A model generated the notes under the pieces. It worked only from the letters and a program-made list of their open reading frames with translations. It was not told where the DNA came from and searched no databases. Of a DNA stretch of 64,000 nt, positions 59,127 through 64,000 are shown piece by piece. This DNA is from a virus. Numbering within the stretch: the first letter of the stretch is position 1; every line of letters begins with the position of its first letter. A program made the position numbers and the translations under genes. The DNA lies in the IMG/VR virus record IMGVR_UViG_3300042890_001842, positions 48,012 through 112,011 of that record. One strand, given 5' to 3'.

Positions 59127-59875
59127 TGTCAGACGTCTTAGATATAATCTACCCCATGAAACTAAAACGCTCAAATGATCGTAAAGTTGCCAACCTTGTA
59201 ACTAAGAATGGCAAGCAGGCTGCAATTGCTAATACTTTCGGCCTGCCCGCTGGTAAAGAATTCTCATGCCCTGGCGCTACTAGCATATGCGAAAGCGTAT
59301 GCTATGCAGGGAAATTGGAAAAGCTCTTCAAGGGTGTTAAAACTAATCTTCTGCACAATTGGGAATTGTTACGCAATGCGGATATGGATACCATGCTCGT
59401 ATTGCTTGACGATATGATTATTGAATTTATCAATGATTGTGAAAAGAAAGACGCACCTAAATTATTCCGTATCCACTGGGACGGAGATTTCTTTAACGAT
59501 ACTTATACATATGCGTGGAAATCTGTTATTGCTAATCATCCTGATGTTCAATTTTGGGTTTATACACGTGTTAAGTCTGCGGCTCTTATTCTAAAAGATA
59601 TTTCTAATCTATCACTGTATTACTCTACTGATGATGATAATAAAGAAATTGCTCATGACTTAAAACTAAATTCTGGTATCCGCCTTGCTTATCTGGGAAA
59701 GACTTTCGCTGTTACTGAAAACACAATGAAAGAATTAACTGGAAAGCCTGGCGCTAAATGTCCTGAGAATATGAAAAGTATTCCGCTAATTTCTTCCGCT
59801 GGATCCGCATGTGTATCATGTGGGTTATGTGTTTATGGAAAAGCAGATATTAGATTTTCTGCGAGTAAAAAATAA
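59126..59875 (+). CDS. GP88-family (radical-SAM-like Fe-S) phage protein
   Basis: CPGA...C...CYA, FRIHWDGDF, FWVYTR and C-terminal C..C..C motifs. Confidence 0.75.
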   Translation: MSDVLDIIYPMKLKRSNDRKVANLVTKNGKQAAIANTFGLPAGKEFSCPGATSICESVCYAGKLEKLFKGVKTNLLHNWELLRNADMDTMLVLLDDMIIEFINDCEKKDAPKLFRIHWDGDFFNDTYTYAWKSVIANHPDVQFWVYTRVKSAALILKDISNLSLYYSTDDDNKEIAHDLKLNSGIRLAYLGKTFAVTENTMKELTGKPGAKCPENMKSIPLISSAGSACVSCGLCVYGKADIRFSASKK

Positions 59876-59936
59876 TCTAAAAGGTACGGCGTGTCGACTT
59901 GACAAATCGGCATGCCGCCCGCATATATGTGGGGGC

Positions 59937-59987
59937 TGTGGATAACTTACGAGAAGCTGTGGAAAACCCTGAAAATTCTGTGGACGA
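59937..59987 (-). promoter_or_regulatory. Three DnaA-box-like 9-mers at 21-bp spacing
   Basis: TGTGGATAA at 59937 (perfect), TGTGGAAAA at 59958, TGTGGACGA at 59979. Confidence 0.65.
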
Positions 59988-60065
59988 CACGCCCGAAATC
60001 TTGTGAGTTTTATCACATGGCTTGAGCGTCTCATATCGTGGAATTACTGGCTAGTAATATGAAAA

Positions 60066-60087
60066 TGTCAGTGGGTTTTGGTACAAT
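60066..60087 (+). promoter_or_regulatory. PafBC-type promoter 6
   Basis: TGTCAG-N10-TACAAT. Confidence 0.8.
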
Positions 60088-60119
60088 ACTCTTATTCAAC
60101 AAACGAAAGGCGGACTTAA

Positions 60120-60329
60120 ATGTCAGCAAATGTCTATACAATCGAAAGCCTACTAGTAGGAAAAACCTATCGCTCAAAGTCTCTAACTGGAGAAATCATT
60201 GATGCAGAAAAAACAAATGATGTCTGGTATGCAGACTGCGATACATACAGGGTGCAAGTTAGACCTCATTACTCAGCACCGCTAAATCTTAAAGATACAT
60301 ACCGCTATTTAGCAGTTAAAACCTCATAA
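60120..60329 (+). CDS. Small beta-barrel-like protein; paralog of 57625-57825
   Basis: Shared N-terminal half; ACGAAAGG leader. Confidence 0.75.
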   Translation: MSANVYTIESLLVGKTYRSKSLTGEIIDAEKTNDVWYADCDTYRVQVRPHYSAPLNLKDTYRYLAVKTS

Positions 60330-60402
60330 ATAAATAATCGAAACAGGGGCAGTTTAGAGGGAGTCCTCGCCCAATGTCGTAAGTAAGAACCCTCACACAA
60401 TT

Positions 60403-60424
60403 TGTCAGTGGTAACTGATACAAT
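60403..60424 (+). promoter_or_regulatory. PafBC-type promoter 7
   Basis: TGTCAG-N10-TACAAT. Confidence 0.8.
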
Positions 60425-60457
60425 AACTAAACAAACAAACGAAAGGGAAAACCTAAA

Positions 60458-60607
60458 ATGGGAAACATACTAGATGAAATGAGCGGAACAATTTCCGTTG
60501 TAACATGCGAGGATTGCTTAGGGTTTGGAGCAATTTTTTGGGGTAATGATGAGGATTACCATGTCGAGCCTTGCGATTGCGTAAATGATGAGATTGGAGA
60601 TTACTAA
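60458..60607 (+). CDS. 49-aa acidic zinc-binding peptide (not in ORF track)
   Basis: CEDCLGFG...CDC; ACGAAAGG leader. Confidence 0.6.
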   Translation: MGNILDEMSGTISVVTCEDCLGFGAIFWGNDEDYHVEPCDCVNDEIGDY

Positions 60608-60608
60608 G

Positions 60609-60812
60609 ATGTATCAGATTACTTTATCTTATGACGGAAAGCCACTTCATTGGAATAAAAACTATGTAGATGCCTTAGAAGCATTTGAGGCATTTGCTAA
60701 GTTTACAGATGTTGGATTTGCTAACGAATACTCAACGATTAACCTATCAATGCCAACAGGCAAAATGTACACAAAAGTAATTGACCGCATGGGAAAGGTA
60801 ACAATTAAATGA
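60609..60812 (+). CDS. Hypothetical protein
   Basis: GGAG SD before MYQIT. Confidence 0.65.
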   Translation: MYQITLSYDGKPLHWNKNYVDALEAFEAFAKFTDVGFANEYSTINLSMPTGKMYTKVIDRMGKVTIK

Positions 60813-61000
60813 TGACACGAAAAGACTATGTAGCAACCGCAGAAATTCTAAAGTATGCTAGCGATAAATCGCACCCCGCTTTATTTTCTAAAATCGTAAA
60901 TGATTTTGCTGAAATGTTTGCGAAAGATAATCCACGATTTGATGTAACGAGATTTCATGAAGCGAGTGGATACAATGTTCCAAAATTCACTTCGAGATAA
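60809..61000 (+). CDS. Hypothetical phage protein
   Basis: MTRKDY...A..F..DNPRFD..RF..A pattern typical of small phage proteins. Confidence 0.7.
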   Translation: MMTRKDYVATAEILKYASDKSHPALFSKIVNDFAEMFAKDNPRFDVTRFHEASGYNVPKFTSR

Positions 61001-61112
61001 AGTAAAGCGAATTCAGGAGTTGCGGAGATCAAATGCCGCAACCCCTGTACGCAATAAGAAAAAATATTCAAGAAAAACAAAACATAAGCGGCGTGTCGAT
61101 TTGACAGATTGA
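60975..61112 (+). CDS. 45-aa basic peptide with ArfA-like KKKYSRK.KH motif (not in ORF track)
   Basis: MFQNSLRDKVKRIQELRRSNAATPVRNKKKYSRKTKHKRRVDLTD. Confidence 0.55.
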   Translation: MFQNSLRDKVKRIQELRRSNAATPVRNKKKYSRKTKHKRRVDLTD

Positions 61113-61231
61113 TCAGCTGCCCGCAATAGTGTGGGGGCATAGAGGCTTTTAAGTCAAGCACCAAAACTCCCTGAAAATTGTGAGGTTTATCACAAAATAA
61201 ATCTGCGACACGCCGAAGGTGAATTAGTAAA

Positions 61232-61253
61232 TGTCAGTAGGCCATGCTAAAAT
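61232..61253 (+). promoter_or_regulatory. PafBC-type promoter 8
   Basis: TGTCAG-N10-TAAAAT. Confidence 0.8.
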
Positions 61254-61282
61254 ACTCTTATTCCAACAACGAAAGGTATCAA

Positions 61283-61486
61283 ATGAAAATCGAACACAAC
61301 CTAAAGTTTGTAACAGAGTTTGCAGACAATCACCCAGTAACAGCACAAATGCTAAACATGCCTGAACCTATGCGTGTATTGCTATTAGAGTCAATGCTAA
61401 AAGAATTACTTGCACCACGCTTGCAACCTCTATTAGATGAAATCAATGCAGGTGGGTCATACGCAATTCTAAAGGTGGCTGAATAA
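61283..61486 (+). CDS. Hypothetical protein
   Basis: ACGAAAGG leader before MKIEH. Confidence 0.7.
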   Translation: MKIEHNLKFVTEFADNHPVTAQMLNMPEPMRVLLLESMLKELLAPRLQPLLDEINAGGSYAILKVAE

Positions 61487-61761
61487 TGGGATACACAACA
61501 GCATTAGCACTTGCAGATGACCTATCATTAGAGGCAGGGTTAGCCTATCACTTACAGGCTAATCATTACCCACCCGTTCCCGTTGCTATGGTGCAACCTT
61601 GCATAGATGCTATTGATGCATACTATGATGAGGACTATGGTCGTGAAGTATCTTTACCTGAAGGTATCTCATGGCGTGGGCAGGTAACTGCACCAGCACA
61701 TGCAATAATTGATGCACACCACTTAGATGCTTGGCTAGTAAGCGAGGACTACGATGAGTAA
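61486..61761 (+). CDS. Hypothetical protein
   Basis: 91 aa; HL..NHYPPVP...HHL motif; TAATG coupling. Confidence 0.7.
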   Translation: MGYTTALALADDLSLEAGLAYHLQANHYPPVPVAMVQPCIDAIDAYYDEDYGREVSLPEGISWRGQVTAPAHAIIDAHHLDAWLVSEDYDE

Positions 61762-61894
61762 TCTTTATTCTATCTTATCTACTTGGTATCCTGAAGGAGA
61801 CTTCAACGAAGCTGAATTGTGGGATGCTATCGCTGAAAACGAAGGCGTTGATGTAAATGAGATCATGGATGGCGATCTAACAGACTACCTGTGA
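61754..61894 (+). CDS. 46-aa acidic peptide with no Lys or Arg (not in ORF track)
   Basis: GAGG SD; MSNLYSILSTWYPEGDFNEAELWDAIAENEGVDVNEIMDGDLTDYL. Confidence 0.6.
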   Translation: MSNLYSILSTWYPEGDFNEAELWDAIAENEGVDVNEIMDGDLTDYL

Positions 61895-61933
61895 TGTATC
61901 TCACACGACACTCCCCTCAGAAATGAGGGGAAA

Positions 61934-61955
61934 TGTCAGTGGGCTATTGTATAAT
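61934..61955 (+). promoter_or_regulatory. PafBC-type promoter 9
   Basis: TGTCAG-N10-TATAAT. Confidence 0.82.
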
Positions 61956-61985
61956 ACTACCAACAACAAAACGAAAGGAAACAAA

Positions 61986-62135
61986 ATGACAACACTAGAA
62001 ATCGGACAGACATACACCACTTCAACAAGCGGTGTAACAGGAACAATCGTGGCGGTAGATAATCACCCAAGCGGTGTAAATCGTGTCTTGCTTGATGTCA
62101 ATGGCAAAGAGCGTTGGACAAGCGTTCCAAACTAA
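61986..62135 (+). CDS. 49-aa SH3-like beta protein
   Basis: ACGAAAGG leader before MTTLEIG. Confidence 0.65.
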   Translation: MTTLEIGQTYTTSTSGVTGTIVAVDNHPSGVNRVLLDVNGKERWTSVPN

Positions 62136-62185
62136 TTCCTGATAAGGAAAAGTCCTGAGCATGACTACTAAAACTGCTCACAATT

Positions 62186-62207
62186 TGTCAGACCCCTATG
62201 CTATACT
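62186..62207 (+). promoter_or_regulatory. PafBC-type promoter 10
   Basis: TGTCAG-N10-TATACT. Confidence 0.8.
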
Positions 62208-62242
62208 AACCAACCAACCAACCAAACGAAAGAGGAAAATAA

Positions 62243-62668
62243 ATGGCTAGAAACGGAAAATCTATTAGCGTGAAAATCGCTACACCAAAGGTAATCAAGG
62301 CACTAGAAACACGCCTTGCTGAATTAGAAAAGAACTACGCTACACAGGGCGAGAACGAAGCAAAGTATCAGAAAGCCCGTGATAAGTGGCAAAAAGAAAT
62401 TGGCAAGTGGGCTATGTCTAACTTCTCAAAGGCTGAGAACCTTCGTACAAACTATCGTAATTGGAACAAAACTCTCAATGTAGATTTTGACCTTACAGTA
62501 AATGAGAGCGACTTCCCTAAAGAACCTGAAAAGGATTTTGAGACAATTCACCAGCACACATACAATGAGCAGAAAGAGGAAATCACGAACGCAATTCGTA
62601 TCCTCAAGATGACAGATGAGGAAACAGTAAATACCTCAACCTATAACGCTATTGCTCGTTATCTGTAA
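62243..62668 (+). CDS. Hypothetical protein
   Basis: 141 aa; GAGG SD. Confidence 0.75.
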   Translation: MARNGKSISVKIATPKVIKALETRLAELEKNYATQGENEAKYQKARDKWQKEIGKWAMSNFSKAENLRTNYRNWNKTLNVDFDLTVNESDFPKEPEKDFETIHQHTYNEQKEEITNAIRILKMTDEETVNTSTYNAIARYL

Positions 62669-62678
62669 ATAAATAGTG

Positions 62679-62705
62679 GGAGGGCTAGACACACTCTAGC
62701 CCTCC
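62679..62705 (+). terminator. GC-rich hairpin, followed by a TGC-TATAAT promoter
   Basis: GGAGGGCTAGA-CACAC-TCTAGCCCTCC. Confidence 0.55.
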
Positions 62706-62742
62706 ATGCTATAATTCGTATCCCTACTAACAAAGGAACAAA

Positions 62743-63000
62743 ATGAAAAATCGTTATCGTATCGAAATCTATGATGATGTAAAAGCAAATGATTTGACTA
62801 TTTATTCTGAGTCAAATGTAGATAAAGAATACTTAACTGAAATGGTATTCTCTAACTTAAGACAATTCTCTGGAAACATTCGTGCATACGTATATGACAA
62901 TGTAAAGAAAAAGAAAACCACTGCACTGATTCTACCAATGGAATTGTTAGCTAAATATAGAAATTACAAACTTACTTCTGATGAAATACTAATGAATTAA
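62743..63000 (+). CDS. Hypothetical protein
   Basis: 85 aa; AAGGA SD. Confidence 0.7.
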   Translation: MKNRYRIEIYDDVKANDLTIYSESNVDKEYLTEMVFSNLRQFSGNIRAYVYDNVKKKKTTALILPMELLAKYRNYKLTSDEILMN

Positions 63001-63004
63001 TAAT

Positions 63005-63040
63005 TATGAGGCGGGATCCGTGCCCGCCTCATATTATTTT
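63005..63040 (+). terminator. Intrinsic terminator
   Basis: TATGAGGCGGG-N7-CCCGCCTCATA followed by TTATTTT. Confidence 0.7.
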
Positions 63041-63059
63041 GGCCCGCAAAGGTAAGGGG

Positions 63060-63089
63060 TTATCCACAGCTTTAAGAGAGTTATCCACA
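63060..63089 (+). promoter_or_regulatory. Two perfect DnaA boxes 21 bp apart
   Basis: TTATCCACA at 63060 and 63081. Confidence 0.75.
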
Positions 63090-63155
63090 ATCCCCGAAAT
63101 TTGTGAGATTGATCACACGAGACAATTCGGACAAATGACTAACAAGACTAGTAAA

Positions 63156-63177
63156 TGTCAGTCCCCTATGTTATACT
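63156..63177 (+). promoter_or_regulatory. PafBC-type promoter 11
   Basis: TGTCAG-N10-TATACT. Confidence 0.8.
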
Positions 63178-63209
63178 CAATCCAACAACCAATCGAAAGG
63201 AAATAAATT

Positions 63210-64000
63210 ATGGCTCACAATCTAGAAGTCGAAAACGGCGAAGTTGCTTTTGCGCTACGTGGAAAACCAGCATGGCACAATTTAGCAAATCGCATCTTTA
63301 CACAAGATGAAGAAGTAACTACACAAACAATGCTTGAAGAGGCAAAGTTAGCAAATTGGAATGTTCGTCTATCTCCAATCGCTGAGCACATTCCAGAATC
63401 ATGGAATGATGTTTCTACTGCATCTCTTGTATTGCGTGACAATCCATTCAATGGCGGAACTGATGTTCTTGCAACTGTTGGAAAGCGTTATAAGCCTGTG
63501 CAGAATGAAGAATTGTTTGCATTCGCTGATGCAATTCATGATGCAAACGCTGACTGTCGCTGGGAATCTGCTGGTTCTCTAAAGCAGGGCAAAGTTGTAT
63601 TTGGTACTGTTGATATTCCTCGCACAATGGTGCTTGACCCTAGCGGTGCTAATGATGAAACTAAGTTGTATCTAATTGTTTGGACATCTCATGACGGGTC
63701 TGTTGCTGTTCAGGCTGCTGTTACTCCTGTTCGTGTTGTATGCCAAAACACTTTGAATCTTGCAATGCGTAATGCAAAGCAATCTTTCAAGATTCGCCAC
63801 ACGCAATCTGTTGAAGGTCGCATTCAAGTTGCTCGTGAGACTCTTGGTCTTGCTCTTGGATACTTTGATGAATTTGAGAAGGAAGCGCAAGCACTCTACA
63901 CTCAATCAATTACTGATTCAGAATTCTCAAAGTTGATTCAAACAATCTACCCAAAGCCTGAGAAGGATTCAAAGGGTGCTTTGAAGAAGTGGGAAAACAA
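63210..64000 (+). CDS. DUF932 / TIGR03299-like protein, truncated by the window edge (not in ORF track)
   Basis: MAHNLE...PAWH.L, Y..VQN.E.F, ESAGSL..G, SHDGS, RVVCQNTL and IRHT motifs. Confidence 0.85.
   Translation, partial: MAHNLEVENGEVAFALRGKPAWHNLANRIFTQDEEVTTQTMLEEAKLANWNVRLSPIAEHIPESWNDVSTASLVLRDNPFNGGTDVLATVGKRYKPVQNEELFAFADAIHDANADCRWESAGSLKQGKVVFGTVDIPRTMVLDPSGANDETKLYLIVWTSHDGSVAVQAAVTPVRVVCQNTLNLAMRNAKQSFKIRHTQSVEGRIQVARETLGLALGYFDEFEKEAQALYTQSITDSEFSKLIQTIYPKPEKDSKGALKKWEN

Larger units (their letters stand above)
57553..61911. promoter_or_regulatory. Repeated (C)GGCGTGTCG / CGACACGCC motif containing the WhiA-type GACAC core
   Basis: Forward at 57553, 57841, 58686, 58777, 59887 and 61089; reverse at 57992, 59985, 61206 and, degenerate, 61906. 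Confidence 0.7.
57197..63117. promoter_or_regulatory. Ten CRP-family palindromes (TGTGA-N6-TCACA)
   Basis: Perfect at 57222, 57816, 58651, 60002, 61179, 61890 and 63102; one mismatch at 57197, 57526 and 58740. Confidence 0.8.

Noticed and set aside
60022-60058. Extra palindromes (TGAGCGTCTCA, ATTACT-N4-AGTAAT) as further regulator sites
   Set aside because: Single full occurrences in this window, so they cannot be distinguished from chance.
63006-63206. ORFs spanning the regulatory spacers (63006-63206, and the long 5' extensions at 58741, 61244 and 61923)
   Set aside because: They run through terminators and promoter motifs; the true starts follow the ACGAAAGG leaders.
1-64000. Alternative genetic code or stop-codon recoding
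   Set aside because: Genes tile densely under the standard code with all three stops used, and neither tRNA is a suppressor.

Overview
This is a 64-kb segment of an AT-rich, large tailed dsDNA phage, siphovirus-like: 2500-aa tape measure, no sheath gene seen, terminase outside the window. An actinobacterial host is inferred from host-type regulatory motifs and many leaderless genes. 1-31 kb (minus strand): portal, protease, capsid, neck, tail tube, frameshifting chaperone, tape measure, baseplate and tail fibres. 31-46 kb (minus): a chain of fibre genes ending in a protein with 239 consecutive Pro/Phe/Tyr residues, followed by five prolyl-4-hydroxylase-like 2OG-Fe(II) oxygenases and accessory genes. 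46-57 kb: holin-like gene, class II ribonucleotide reductase, GT4, lysozyme-like protein, a promoter/terminator-bounded small RNA, tRNA-Arg and tRNA-Asn, a sixth oxygenase, three GT61-like glycosyltransferases and a sulfotransferase. 57-64 kb (plus): short early-type genes behind 11 promoters matching the actinobacterial PafBC/RecA-independent consensus (TGTCRG-N10-TAnnnT), interleaved with about 10 CRP-family palindromes, GACAC (WhiA-type) motifs and DnaA boxes. Best candidates for undescribed biology: (i) a Pro/Phe/Tyr-repeat protein hydroxylation and glycosylation system; (ii) an early region wired to several host master regulators at once; (iii) an ADP-ribosyltransferase cassette inside the tape measure protein. 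All family calls are by eye; no searches were run.
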